A DNA stretch of 64,000 bases, from contig JBAYWF010000004.1 in NCBI GenBank assembly GCA_041674205.1, forward strand, positions 26,721-90,720, given 5' to 3'. The notes beneath the pieces were generated by a model. The model did not search any database. It was not told the DNA's origin and worked only from the letters and a program-made list of their open reading frames with translations. Source of the DNA: Parcubacteria group bacterium. GTDB lineage: Bacteria; Patescibacteriota; Minisyncoccia; Moranbacterales; UBA2206. Made by a program: the position numbers and the translations under genes. Each line of letters opens with the position of its first letter. The stretch's first letter is position 1. Below are positions 46,833 through 57,083 of this stretch, piece after piece.

Positions 46833-47990
46833 TCAATCGGATATGTTGCATAATTTTTTATAGATAGCCAGCATCTTTTCCGCGGTTTTCAACCATGAAA
46901 ACTTTGCGGCTTGTACCAACCCTTTTTGGCTCAAACTGAACCTCAATGAGTCATCTATCACGATCCGGGTAAGCTTGTCAGCGAAATCATCCGGATCATT
47001 CGGATCGAAAAATAGCGCCGCACCTTCCGTTATTTCACTATGCGGCGGAATGTCCGAGGCGATCACCGGCACGCCGAGAGTCATCGCTTCCAAAACCGGG
47101 ATGCCAAAACCTTCATATAGGGAAGGGAAACAAAAAGCCTGCGCCAATCCCATCAGGATCGGCTTATCAGCCTCATCGATGAAACCCGGCAGGATCACAT
47201 ATTCCTGCAAGGAATAGCTTTTGATGAATTCATCGATCCTTTGATCGAAATTATGTCCGCGCCCGCCCGCCAAAACCAGCTTACAATACTCGCGTTTTTC
47301 CGTCGGAATCCTGACATAGGCTTCAATCAACGCTGGCAGGTTTTTTCTGGGCTGGAGCGTCCCGATATAGAGGATGAAATTCCGAGGAAGGTCGTATTTT
47401 TTCCTGACTGCTTCCATTTGCTCTTTCGTATAATTTTCCCGGAAACTGTCCGCCACCGCGTTATGGATCCAGTCGACTTTTTCCGAAGCGACTTTATAAT
47501 ATTTGATGATTTCCTGGGCGGTGAACCGCGAAACACCAATTATTTTATCGGCACGCCTCAGACTCAAGGGAATCAGGCTGCTCAGAAAAAACAAATCCGT
47601 CTTTTTGATCAGTTTCGGGAAAACCCTGAAAGAAACGTCGTGGATGATCGTCACGATTTTGATTTTGCGGGAAATGAAAAGCGGCGTGATATATTGCACC
47701 TGCAAAATATCCACCGGATTCCGACGCAAATATTCCGGCAGGATCCAAGCATTCCAAATAATTTTTCCAGAACCTTTTTGACAAAGGCTTACGACTTTGA
47801 AATTCGGCGCCAACTGCAGAAATGCTATCGATTCTCGCAGATCCGCATCCAGCTCGGGATTCCGGTCCGTCAGCAATAAATATTCATTCTCCTTATCTAT
47901 AACAGCCAGGTTTTTCACCAAATTGAAAAACACCACTTCGTCACCAGTCCTTTTTTTGCCGATATTGCGGATGTCGATCGCGATACGCAT
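46833..47990 (-). CDS. Glycosyltransferase family 4
   Basis: C-terminal EGFGIPVLEAMTLGVPVIASD (GT4 E-x7-E region). Confidence 0.8.
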   Translation of the reverse strand: MRIAIDIRNIGKKRTGDEVVFFNLVKNLAVIDKENEYLLLTDRNPELDADLRESIAFLQLAPNFKVVSLCQKGSGKIIWNAWILPEYLRRNPVDILQVQYITPLFISRKIKIVTIIHDVSFRVFPKLIKKTDLFFLSSLIPLSLRRADKIIGVSRFTAQEIIKYYKVASEKVDWIHNAVADSFRENYTKEQMEAVRKKYDLPRNFILYIGTLQPRKNLPALIEAYVRIPTEKREYCKLVLAGGRGHNFDQRIDEFIKSYSLQEYVILPGFIDEADKPILMGLAQAFCFPSLYEGFGIPVLEAMTLGVPVIASDIPPHSEITEGAALFFDPNDPDDFADKLTRIVIDDSLRFSLSQKGLVQAAKFSWLKTAEKMLAIYKKLCNISD

Positions 47991-47991
47991 A

Positions 47992-49611
47992 TTATTTTTT
48001 TATTTTATTATCAACAAGCGCCGCTCCCAAAAACAGCCACAGGTAACCCAGCATTATTCCTGAGTTGAATAGATTGGGAATCAGGATAGCGAAAAATCCG
48101 AGAAGCAGAAAGAGGCCGACAGTTTTTCTTTCCCTATCAGCCTGCATAAAACTCTGCAAAGCTCGAATCAGGATGATGACCAGCAGCATGACAAAAGACA
48201 ACAGGCCGAGCAGACCGGAACCCAGCCAAATTTCCAAAAAGATATTGCTGGCGTTGAGTCCCGCGCCGCGTTCGTCCGTACCCAGATAGCCGCTGATACT
48301 GCCCCAGCCGATGCCGAGTAGCGGATGCGCTTTGATCAGGTTCCAAGATTTGACATAGATCACGCTGCGGATGCTAATATTCGGGTCAGCGCGGTAAACT
48401 TCCGTCACGAAATTACCCTCCGCCTTTTCAGTGTCGATGTCTTCCAGGTCGATATGGCGGCAACCGATTTTTTCCAAGGATTCCAAATCAAGAGTTTCCG
48501 ATCCATCAAATTTTTCCTGTTGCCCGCAAGAAACCGTGATTTTCTGCAAACCGCTGCCGGTGCTTTGCACGCGATTGCCCAACTGGAAAGTCGTCAGCTG
48601 GAAAAAATAGACCGACGCGATGCTGACAACAAGCGCGGTCAAAATTCCGATTTTCAATTTAAATGTTTCTTTCCATCGCCAATTCGCCGGCTTAATTTTC
48701 AAATGCGTGAAAATGACGAACAAAAAAATAAAAGTCACCCCAAGCGCCCCCAGCCAAGCACTTCTTGAAACCGTCAAAATCAACAACACATATGTCGCGA
48801 CAAGCAACGCATACAAAAAAGTTTGGAAAATTAAAAATTTAGTAATTGAAAATTGTTTTAAAATTAAAAATTTAAAATTTAAAATTGAGGGACTATCCAG
48901 ATTATTCCCATTTCTGGAAAAATAATAAATCAAAGAATATACCAAAGCTATTAACATCACCAAAAATATTCCCAGCCAATCCGCTTCCGTGAATGTAGCA
49001 TTGGGCCGCCCCGGCATCACCTCAAAATTTGAAAGTCCCTGTGCGAAGCGCACGTTCTGCCAGGCACCATAAACCATCATAACGGCCGACGAGCTTAAAA
49101 AAAACGGGATAATTTTTTTCATATCCCCGCTTGTTTGCAAAAAATTCCGCGTTAAAAAATACAAGACCGCAAACGAAGCCAACACGATCGATTGTTTCAA
49201 ACTGACACCCCTGGACGATGAACCTATGGCGCTCAAAAATCCGGCTAGCGTCAAAATGATGACCAGATAGTCCGGCCAAACCGGTCTGGCAAGTTTGAAG
49301 TCAAGACGTTTGGTCGATAACCTGATAAGCAGAGCCAGAATCGTCACTCCGCCGAAAAATTGGTATGGACGGACGGCGATTCCTATTTCTGCCGGCGCTA
49401 AATTTATATTTTCCAACATAATCGTGCCGGCAAAAAACAGGAAGGCCCAGCCAGGCCGGTAAAGCGCCAGGGCTAGCGCCAGAATCGCGAAAAATATGAA
49501 ATCGCCCATTCCCATCGGCAAAATATTCAAATTGGACGACACGATCAAAAACAGGACCAATGCCGCATTGGCGCCCAGTAAAAAAATCCTATTCTGATTC
49601 TTTCCAAACAT
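47992..49611 (-). CDS. Polytopic membrane protein, O-antigen ligase/polymerase-like (Wzy/WaaL-type)
   Basis: More than 12 hydrophobic segments with a large central loop, flanked on both sides by GT4 genes. Family call by context. Confidence 0.45.
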   Translation of the reverse strand: MFGKNQNRIFLLGANAALVLFLIVSSNLNILPMGMGDFIFFAILALALALYRPGWAFLFFAGTIMLENINLAPAEIGIAVRPYQFFGGVTILALLIRLSTKRLDFKLARPVWPDYLVIILTLAGFLSAIGSSSRGVSLKQSIVLASFAVLYFLTRNFLQTSGDMKKIIPFFLSSSAVMMVYGAWQNVRFAQGLSNFEVMPGRPNATFTEADWLGIFLVMLIALVYSLIYYFSRNGNNLDSPSILNFKFLILKQFSITKFLIFQTFLYALLVATYVLLILTVSRSAWLGALGVTFIFLFVIFTHLKIKPANWRWKETFKLKIGILTALVVSIASVYFFQLTTFQLGNRVQSTGSGLQKITVSCGQQEKFDGSETLDLESLEKIGCRHIDLEDIDTEKAEGNFVTEVYRADPNISIRSVIYVKSWNLIKAHPLLGIGWGSISGYLGTDERGAGLNASNIFLEIWLGSGLLGLLSFVMLLVIILIRALQSFMQADRERKTVGLFLLLGFFAILIPNLFNSGIMLGYLWLFLGAALVDNKIKK

Positions 49612-49624
49612 ATTCCTTATGCCG

Positions 49625-50806
49625 CTACAAATTTTTAATTATATTGAGCGCCTTATCGACGAATCTGTCCCAGGAAAAATAACCGGAGCGCTCTTTGCTG
49701 CGCCGCGCCAACACGGCGCGCAATTCCGGATTGACCAGGACGTTTTTCATCACCATCGCGATGTCGGCGATATCGTCCGGGTCGCAATACAGGATACTAT
49801 CCAGGCCGACTTCTGGCAAGGATGTCGTTTTGGAAGTCACGACCGGCATACCGACGCTCATCGCTTCCAAAACCGGAATGCCGAAACCTTCATAACGCGA
49901 CGGATATGCGAAAAAAAGCGCATTCGCGAACAAAGCCGGCATATCCGCCTGGGGCGTCCTGTCCAGCAGCTTCACTCGTCTGGTCAGATTGAGTTCGCGC
50001 ACCAATTTTTCAGCATCCAACGCCAGCGGCGCCAATTGGGGCAGCAGCTTTCCGTAGATGGCCAGCACGGGCATCTCTTTGATGAATCGCGCTTTTTTAT
50101 TCAATTCCACCAGATATTTATACGCGCGGATGGCACCCTCCACGTTTTTTCTGACTTCCATTCCCCCGCCGGCCAGGATATAGCCCGGCTTCAATTTGTA
50201 TTTATGTAAAATCTCCCGGCTTTTGGCTTGGGATATCCTTGATTTATATATTTCATCGCAATCATTATAATTCACGCTGATATCTTCAGCCTTGATTCCT
50301 AAGTGCCGGATCAAATCCTTTTCCGTCCTGACCGAAACCGCCAGGAGTTTGTCCGCGCGTTTGATCGCCCTTTCCGTCAAAGACCAATAAATCTTCTTGC
50401 GCGAATTGTTCAAATATTCCGGAAACAGCTTCGGCACGATATCATGCACCAGCATCAAATGCTTGATGCCATCCGGCATGACGGTCGGGCACTGGTAGGG
50501 CGAGAAGAAAGCGTCGCAACCGTCCCGTTTAGCCATACGCGGCAAATAATATTTTTCCCACAAAACCTTGCGGATCAAGTCATCCCGTTTCCAGAACGGC
50601 AAAAAAATCCTTTTTTGGAAATTTTCCGGCAACTTGATATCTTCCGGAAAATCTTCTTCCAAATACAAAACGAATTCCAATTTATCATTTTTTGAAATTT
50701 GAAATTTAGAGTTCGAAACCGCCAACTTTTTTAAGAAGTTGGTCGTCACCTGGCCGATGCCGGATGAAGCTTTTCTAGCGAATGACGCGTTGATTCCGAT
50801 TTTCAT
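49625..50806 (-). CDS. Glycosyltransferase family 4
   Basis: EGFGIPVLEAMSVGMPVVTSK region. Starts 14 nt from the Wzy-like gene. Confidence 0.8.
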   Translation of the reverse strand: MKIGINASFARKASSGIGQVTTNFLKKLAVSNSKFQISKNDKLEFVLYLEEDFPEDIKLPENFQKRIFLPFWKRDDLIRKVLWEKYYLPRMAKRDGCDAFFSPYQCPTVMPDGIKHLMLVHDIVPKLFPEYLNNSRKKIYWSLTERAIKRADKLLAVSVRTEKDLIRHLGIKAEDISVNYNDCDEIYKSRISQAKSREILHKYKLKPGYILAGGGMEVRKNVEGAIRAYKYLVELNKKARFIKEMPVLAIYGKLLPQLAPLALDAEKLVRELNLTRRVKLLDRTPQADMPALFANALFFAYPSRYEGFGIPVLEAMSVGMPVVTSKTTSLPEVGLDSILYCDPDDIADIAMVMKNVLVNPELRAVLARRSKERSGYFSWDRFVDKALNIIKNL

Positions 50807-50892
50807 AATATTAATAGCATTATACCCGAAAAAATCATTTTAAACAAAAAATCCACATTGACATCCGGACAGTCTGACGATATAATCAGGCT

Positions 50893-51186
50893 ATGGAGAA
50901 AAATGATCCGGCAAAAAACGGGATGACGATCGATGATCTGGCAAGGATCGTCCAAGGCGGTTTTTTGAACGTGGAAGGAAGGTTGGATACTATGGAGGGA
51001 AAACTGGGAACTATGGAAGGAAGGCTGGATACTATGGAAGGCAGACTGGATAAAATCGAAAACACTGTCGATGAGATAAAGACGGCCGTAGATAACATCC
51101 AAGCCGATCTGAACAAGAAAGTCGACAGGATCGACCACAACACGCTGACATACCGCGTGGAAAAATTGGAGGATAAATTCGTGTAG
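50893..51186 (+). CDS. Small coiled-coil protein with tandem octapeptide repeats (EGRLDTMEG-type)
   Basis: VEGRLDTMEGKLGTMEGRLDTMEGRLDKIEN encoded by tandem 24-nt DNA repeats (ggaaggctggatactatggaagg...). Confidence 0.45.
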   Translation: MEKNDPAKNGMTIDDLARIVQGGFLNVEGRLDTMEGKLGTMEGRLDTMEGRLDKIENTVDEIKTAVDNIQADLNKKVDRIDHNTLTYRVEKLEDKFV

Positions 51187-51357
51187 GAACAAAATAGCCT
51201 TTATAAAAATCCGGCGGCAAGCCGTTTTTTTTATTTTCCAATATTCCTTGCCGGCAAGCCGATAGTCTGGACGGAAAAACACGCCCCCTTGGTTTTACAT
51301 TATTTTTAAAACCGCTTATAATAATTCGAGCGGATTAATTTATAATTTCCAAAAAAA

Positions 51358-52638
51358 ATGGAACAGAAAAAAGAGAAGGTCTGCGTGATCGGCCTCGGAT
51401 ATGTCGGTTTGCCGTTGGCGGTGCGTTGCGTCGAGAAAGGCTATGAAACTTTCGGACTCGATATGGACAAAAATAAAGTCGATCTCATCAACCAAGGCAA
51501 GAGCCCGATTGAAGAAAAATTCCTAGCGGATAATCTGCCTGCGCACAGGCCGCAGGCGACTACTGATGAAAAAATCATCAAGCAAGCGGACATTATCCTC
51601 ATTTGCGTGCCGACTCCGGTCGATAGCCTCTATATGCCTGATCTCGGTCCGGTCATCGGCGCGACGGAAGCGGTCGTGCGCAACCTGAAAAAAGGCGCCT
51701 TAGTCGTCCTGGAATCGACCGTCAATCCGGGAGTGAGCGAAGAAATCGTAAAACCGCTTTTTGAAGAAGCCGGTTTCAAGGTCGGCCAAGACGTTTTCAT
51801 CGCGCATTGTCCGGAACGCATCAATCCAGGCGACCCGAAGTGGAACGTCACCAATATCCCGCGCGTAGTCGGCTCGTTCGACAAGCAAGGATTGGCAACG
51901 GCCGTAAAATTTTATGAAAGCATCGTGGACGGCGGAATCCGTCCGATGAAATCCATCCGCGAAGCTGAAGCCGTGAAAATCGTGGAAAATTCATTCCGCG
52001 ACATCAATATCGCTTTCGTCAATGAACTGGCCAAGTCTTTTGATAAGCTTGGCATCGACGTCAAAGACGTGGTCCTGGGCGCTTCGACCAAGCCGTTCGC
52101 TTTTATGCCCCATTTCCCTTCTTGCGGCGTCGGCGGGCATTGCATCCCGGTCGACCCGTACTACCTTATCGAACGCGCCAAGAAATCCGGCTTCGATCAC
52201 AAATTCCTGAAAATCGCCCGGGAAATAAACAACTCGATGCCGTCATACACCGTCGAGCTCCTGCAAGACGCCCTGAATGAAATACGCTTGCCAATGAAAG
52301 GAACCAAAATCGGAGTCTTGGGGATTTCCTATAAAGCCAATGTCGACGATACGCGGGAATCACCAACCTTCAAAATATTAGCCTTACTTGATGAACATAG
52401 TTCCAAATATGAGACTTTCGATCCGCACATCCTAAAAAGATCGACCGTCAAAACACTGGCAGCATTGCTCAAAAAAGTCGACGCTCTCATAATCGCCACC
52501 GACCACAAAGAATTCAAAGAAATCGATCCGAAAATATTCAAGCAAAACGGGATCAAGGTCATCATCGATGGAAAAAATTGTCTGGATAAAGATGCGATTA
52601 AAAAACTCGGTATCATTTATAAGGGTATCGGCAGATAG
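51358..52638 (+). CDS. Nucleotide-sugar dehydrogenase (UDP-glucose/UDP-ManNAc/GDP-mannose 6-dehydrogenase family)
   Basis: VCVIGLGYVGLPLAV Rossmann N-terminus and central catalytic Cys region (FPSCGVGGHCIPVDP). Confidence 0.85.
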   Translation: MEQKKEKVCVIGLGYVGLPLAVRCVEKGYETFGLDMDKNKVDLINQGKSPIEEKFLADNLPAHRPQATTDEKIIKQADIILICVPTPVDSLYMPDLGPVIGATEAVVRNLKKGALVVLESTVNPGVSEEIVKPLFEEAGFKVGQDVFIAHCPERINPGDPKWNVTNIPRVVGSFDKQGLATAVKFYESIVDGGIRPMKSIREAEAVKIVENSFRDINIAFVNELAKSFDKLGIDVKDVVLGASTKPFAFMPHFPSCGVGGHCIPVDPYYLIERAKKSGFDHKFLKIAREINNSMPSYTVELLQDALNEIRLPMKGTKIGVLGISYKANVDDTRESPTFKILALLDEHSSKYETFDPHILKRSTVKTLAALLKKVDALIIATDHKEFKEIDPKIFKQNGIKVIIDGKNCLDKDAIKKLGIIYKGIGR

Positions 52639-52729
52639 CGCTGTCCGATTGTTAATACTTGCTTAAATCAGGAAATAAAAGGTATAATCAGGATGGATTA
52701 TGCCTTTTTAATTTTTTAAAAACAAGAGG

Positions 52730-52957
52730 ATGTTCGACATACTAAAATTTATCGTCTGGATTTCAGGTTTGGCAGTCATAGCCTACTTCGCTTTGCCGTA
52801 TTTCGGCTATGAAGTAAATCTGAATTATCTTAACGAAAGCAAAGAAAAATGCCAAGAAAGCGTCAATAATTGCACCAAAGAATTGGTCCAGCAAGGGACT
52901 AAGAATGCCAAGTGCGATTTCAGCTGCGCCGATCCTTTAATAATTAAGAAAAAATAA
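52730..52957 (+). CDS. Small hypothetical protein with one TM helix and four Cys
   Basis: 75-aa ORF. The ATGA overlap with the downstream GT2 start suggests translational coupling. Confidence 0.35.
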   Translation: MFDILKFIVWISGLAVIAYFALPYFGYEVNLNYLNESKEKCQESVNNCTKELVQQGTKNAKCDFSCADPLIIKKK

Positions 52958-53940
52958 TGAAGCTTATCGTAAATATCCCGGCATACAATGAAGATACCCT
53001 TATCGGAGGAACCATCCAGAAAATCAAAGAAAGTTTCAACGCTGAATTTTATTCGAAAAAAGGAGCGGCCATCGATGAAAAAATAATCCAAGTGGTTGAC
53101 GACGGCTCGACCGACGACACGGCGCGAAAAGCCAAAGAAGCCGGCGCGGACATAGTTATTTCCTACAAACCCAATCGGCGCTTGGCTTATTCTTTCAAAC
53201 AAGCGGTCGAAAGCTCTCTGAAAAATAACGCCGACCTGATGGTCAATATCGATGCAGACGGGCAATTCAATCCATATGACATTCCCAAGCTCCTAACTCC
53301 TATCTTGGACGGGAAAGCCGATATGGTCATCGCCAACCGCTTCGGGGAAAAAGAAGCTAAAAATATCCCCTGGATCAGAAAAAGCCTGAACAAATTCGCC
53401 GCCAATGTCATCGGTTTTTTTCTCAATTACAAAACCAACGACCTGACTTGCGGTTTTCGCGCCCATAATCGCGAAACCCTTTTGAAATTAAATCTGACCA
53501 ACGTCCATTTCACCTACACCCAGGAAACCATCATCGACGCAATCGGCAAAAACCTGAAGCTTTTTTGGGTACCGATCGAAGTCACTTATTTTGATAACCG
53601 CGATGCCAAGATAACCAAGTCTATCTGGAAATTCGTCAATAATTCCACCAAAATCATCCTGAAGGCTATCCGCGATATCCGGCCGATGAAATTTTTCGGA
53701 ATCCCGGGACTATTCCTGATTTTCCTGTCGCTCGTCTCACTTGGAATTTTTCTAGTCAACTATTCCATCAGTTTTCAAATCACACCTTTTCGCAACTACC
53801 TGATTTTCGGCATCGCGCTGTTTTTAGTCGGCCTGCAATTCGTCGTGTTCGCCCTCATCGCCGATATGATCAAATCCTCCCGCCAGCTTACGGAGGAATT
53901 GATGTACCAATGGAAAAAAGACCGCTACGACACCAAATAA
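52957..53940 (+). CDS. Glycosyltransferase family 2 (polyprenyl-phosphate sugar transferase-like, C-terminal TM helices)
   Basis: IVNIPAYNE, VVDDGSTDDT and the NIDADGQ (DxD) motif, then two C-terminal TMs. Confidence 0.8.
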   Translation: MKLIVNIPAYNEDTLIGGTIQKIKESFNAEFYSKKGAAIDEKIIQVVDDGSTDDTARKAKEAGADIVISYKPNRRLAYSFKQAVESSLKNNADLMVNIDADGQFNPYDIPKLLTPILDGKADMVIANRFGEKEAKNIPWIRKSLNKFAANVIGFFLNYKTNDLTCGFRAHNRETLLKLNLTNVHFTYTQETIIDAIGKNLKLFWVPIEVTYFDNRDAKITKSIWKFVNNSTKIILKAIRDIRPMKFFGIPGLFLIFLSLVSLGIFLVNYSISFQITPFRNYLIFGIALFLVGLQFVVFALIADMIKSSRQLTEELMYQWKKDRYDTK

Positions 53941-54055
53941 CGGATATTCTCCAAAAAAAATCTTCCAGATTATGGCTTTCGAAAAAACCGGTCCGCTTCC
54001 TTGAAAGATGCTATGTTTTGAGGTAGAATAGAACAGTAACTTGCTAAGATAAATT

Positions 54056-55177
54056 ATGCGGATTTTATTCATATCACACTCTTTCCCGCCGATTTTCGGC
54101 GGAGTCGAAAGGCAAAACTACTACCTGTCAGAAGGCTTGAAAAAACACGCCGCAGTCACAGTAATCGCCAATACCAAGGGCAAATGGTTTTTGCCTGTTT
54201 TTTTGCCGGTCACTTTCCTGCGGGCGCTTTTTCTGATGCCATCCTATGATGTCTGCCTGGTCGGCAACGGCGTCCTGGCTCCGATCGCCGCCGGCTTGAA
54301 AATTTTCCATCCTGGAAAAAAATTCTTTTCCGTCGTCCACGGCTTGGATATCACCTTCGCCAGCAAAAAAGGCCTCCTCTCAAAAATTTACAAAGCCGTA
54401 AATATCCCTTCCCTGAAAAAATTAGATCGATTATTTATGGTCGGCAACCAAACTATCGATGAAGCGGTCAAGATCGGTATCGCCCGCGAGCATTGCATTT
54501 TCATCCCCAACGGCATCCTTTTGGACGAATTGACTATCCCCTGCTCCAGACAGGATATGGAAAAGATTTTAGGAATCAATATTACCGGAAAAAAAATTAT
54601 CTTGCGGGTCGGAAGGCTAGTCCCACACAAAGGCGTCCATTGGTTCATCCGCAATGTCTTGCCGAAATTACCGGATAATTATTTTTTTGCCGCAGTCGGC
54701 GGAATCGTTTCCGATAACGCGGCTGGCGATAAAAATGACTTCCCTATTTGTGAAAAAGCCATCCAAGAACTCGGCCTCCAACAGCGGGCCAAACTTATCG
54801 GCAACATACCGGAGCCTGATAAATTGATATTGATGAATTGCGCCGATTTGCATATCGGCCCGAACATCCAAGTGCCGGGATCGATGGAAGGCTTCGGCAT
54901 CACCGCTATCGAAGGCGGCGCTTGCGGAAAAGTCATACTAGCCTCTAACCTGGAAGGCCTCAAGGACGCGATCAAAGACGGTGAGAACGGATTTTTGGTC
55001 GAACCGGGCGATGCCGACGCGTATGTTAAAAAAATCAACGAGCTTCTGTCCGATGACGGTTTCCGGGAAGAATTCGGCGCCAAAGCCCGGCAATATGTGC
55101 TGGACAATTTCAGTTGGGACAATATTTCCAAAAAATATTTGGAAGAAATCCAGAAGACCATCGCTATTAAGCAATAA
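54056..55177 (+). CDS. Glycosyltransferase family 4
   Basis: MEGFGITAIEGGACGKVILAS region. Confidence 0.75.
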   Translation: MRILFISHSFPPIFGGVERQNYYLSEGLKKHAAVTVIANTKGKWFLPVFLPVTFLRALFLMPSYDVCLVGNGVLAPIAAGLKIFHPGKKFFSVVHGLDITFASKKGLLSKIYKAVNIPSLKKLDRLFMVGNQTIDEAVKIGIAREHCIFIPNGILLDELTIPCSRQDMEKILGINITGKKIILRVGRLVPHKGVHWFIRNVLPKLPDNYFFAAVGGIVSDNAAGDKNDFPICEKAIQELGLQQRAKLIGNIPEPDKLILMNCADLHIGPNIQVPGSMEGFGITAIEGGACGKVILASNLEGLKDAIKDGENGFLVEPGDADAYVKKINELLSDDGFREEFGAKARQYVLDNFSWDNISKKYLEEIQKTIAIKQ

Positions 55178-55183
55178 AATATC

Positions 55184-57082
55184 ATGTTCGGATCCATAAC
55201 CGGTCAAATATCGTTTTATGCCACGCTGGCCCTTGCGTTTTTCTTGCCGGGCTACGTTTTGCTGCTGGCGATATTCGGAAAAAGCAAGAGCCTAAGCACG
55301 CTCGAAAGATCCATACTGCCATTCGGCCTCGGCATCATCAGCGTTGATTTTTTGAATTTTTCCTTAGCCGGCCTGCACCTGCCGATCACCCGCCTTTCGC
55401 TTTCCATCAGCATCGCCATCTTCATTTCCATTTGCTGGGCTATTTTCAAACTTCACCGGAAAAACACCAACACAGACACGGAAAGTTCCCTATTCAATTT
55501 TTCCAAATCCCAATTGACTCTGATTTTACTCCTGATTTTCCTGACCGTCTTCATCAAGACCGCCTATCTTTCCGACACTGTTTTTCCGACTTCCACCGAT
55601 ATGGGCCACCATATGTATTGGACGCAATGGATGATCGACAACCACCGCTTGCCGGACTATGACCAGATGCCGGATTTCATCATCGGCGAACAAATCCCGT
55701 TCGGCACGATCGGCATCCTAAGCGGTGCCAGCGTCTTTTCCGCCTTCCCCGTCGTGATGCTTCTGCTCGTGAACCTTTTGGGCATACTGACGGTTTTCAT
55801 CCTGACCCTGCGCATATTCAAACGGAAAAATATCGCCATCCTGATCCTGCTTTTTTTGGGCGTCCTATATGCCATAACTTCCCCCCAAGCCAAGTTTGTC
55901 AGCGGAGGAGTCGTCGGCAATATCCTGGGAAACCTGCTGATGCCGCTTGCTTTTTATTTTTATTACCGTTCGCTGGAATTCTTCGAAACCGGCTTCGCGG
56001 CGGCGGAAAACTCCCGCGCCTTTCTCGCCCTCGCGATTTTCACGACCTTCGGGCTGTTCTATACCCATCACCTCACCGCCTTCATCCTCCTCTTCATTTT
56101 CGCGATGATCGCCGCCATATTTTTTATCGCCAACTTCAAGGATTTGAAAAACATTTTCCCGGCTTTATCACGTCTTATTTTTTCTCCCCAAGTCCTCGCG
56201 ACCTTTTTTGCCGGACTTGTCTTTTTCTTTTTCATCTTCACCCCGAACTATGTCAAAAATAGCGCCGTCAACACCGCCGTCGGAGCGCCTAGCAAGGAAA
56301 CCCGCGTCGGACTGACGATGGAAAACCTGCGCTCCTCCATCGGCGAAGCCCGGATCGCCTTAGGCTTCCTGGGCGTCATAATCCTTATCGCCGGATTCAA
56401 GAAAAGGAATTTCGGACACTCCATCATCCTCGCCTGGGCGGTGATGATTTTCCTGATGTCGACCCAGCCGCATGTGCTATTCATAAACCTTCCCAGTAAC
56501 CGCATCGGGAATTACCTATCTTATCCCATCGCCATCCTCAGCGCCTATTCGCTCTACACCCTCTTCGGAGCGGACAAAAAATCAAAGGTGCTGGGACTCG
56601 CATCTTCTGGCAATCTCATCCGCGCCGGATTCATCGTGGCTTTGACTTTCGTCCTGGTGGACGGGATTTCCGACTCAGCCGCCGCTTTCAAAGACAAAAC
56701 CGATCTCGCTCCGGTCGCGCAGACTTTCGACGCTTCCAATTACCTCGCCCAAAAAACTTCTTCAAGCGATATGATCCTGAAAGATCACAACTACATCACT
56801 GCCGACTCTTGGATGAAGATTTTTCTGATGCGCGGCTACAAATATCCGCTTTCACGCGGCTATTTCAAACGTTATGAAGATGAAACCAAACCGCGCGAAA
56901 TGTGCACCCTGCAGATGATCGCCAGCCCTGACAACGCGGAAGCCCGGGATTGTTTCGCCGAAACCGGCACAGATTTCATTATGATCAACCCGCGCTACGA
57001 CAGCGCCCAATTCAGAAAACTGAAAAATTTCGACCAGACCTATTCCAGCTCCGGCATCAATATTTATTATCGCAATAATTGA
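55184..57082 (+). CDS. Large polytopic membrane protein (about 14 TM), possible GT-C-type glycosyltransferase or polymerase; function unknown
   Basis: 632 aa, almost entirely hydrophobic helices with a soluble C-terminal ~120 aa. Confidence 0.4.
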   Translation: MFGSITGQISFYATLALAFFLPGYVLLLAIFGKSKSLSTLERSILPFGLGIISVDFLNFSLAGLHLPITRLSLSISIAIFISICWAIFKLHRKNTNTDTESSLFNFSKSQLTLILLLIFLTVFIKTAYLSDTVFPTSTDMGHHMYWTQWMIDNHRLPDYDQMPDFIIGEQIPFGTIGILSGASVFSAFPVVMLLLVNLLGILTVFILTLRIFKRKNIAILILLFLGVLYAITSPQAKFVSGGVVGNILGNLLMPLAFYFYYRSLEFFETGFAAAENSRAFLALAIFTTFGLFYTHHLTAFILLFIFAMIAAIFFIANFKDLKNIFPALSRLIFSPQVLATFFAGLVFFFFIFTPNYVKNSAVNTAVGAPSKETRVGLTMENLRSSIGEARIALGFLGVIILIAGFKKRNFGHSIILAWAVMIFLMSTQPHVLFINLPSNRIGNYLSYPIAILSAYSLYTLFGADKKSKVLGLASSGNLIRAGFIVALTFVLVDGISDSAAAFKDKTDLAPVAQTFDASNYLAQKTSSSDMILKDHNYITADSWMKIFLMRGYKYPLSRGYFKRYEDETKPREMCTLQMIASPDNAEARDCFAETGTDFIMINPRYDSAQFRKLKNFDQTYSSSGINIYYRNN

Positions 57083-57083
57083 T

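Noticed and set aside
47241-47879. 212-aa +strand ORF, and similar long antisense ORFs (49619-50209; 27006-27668; 30752-31279)
   Set aside because: Each lies opposite a confidently assigned gene (GT4, GT4, pyrG, swivel paralog). Their products have no motif and skewed composition. Shadow ORFs, typical where the coding strand is GC-skewed.
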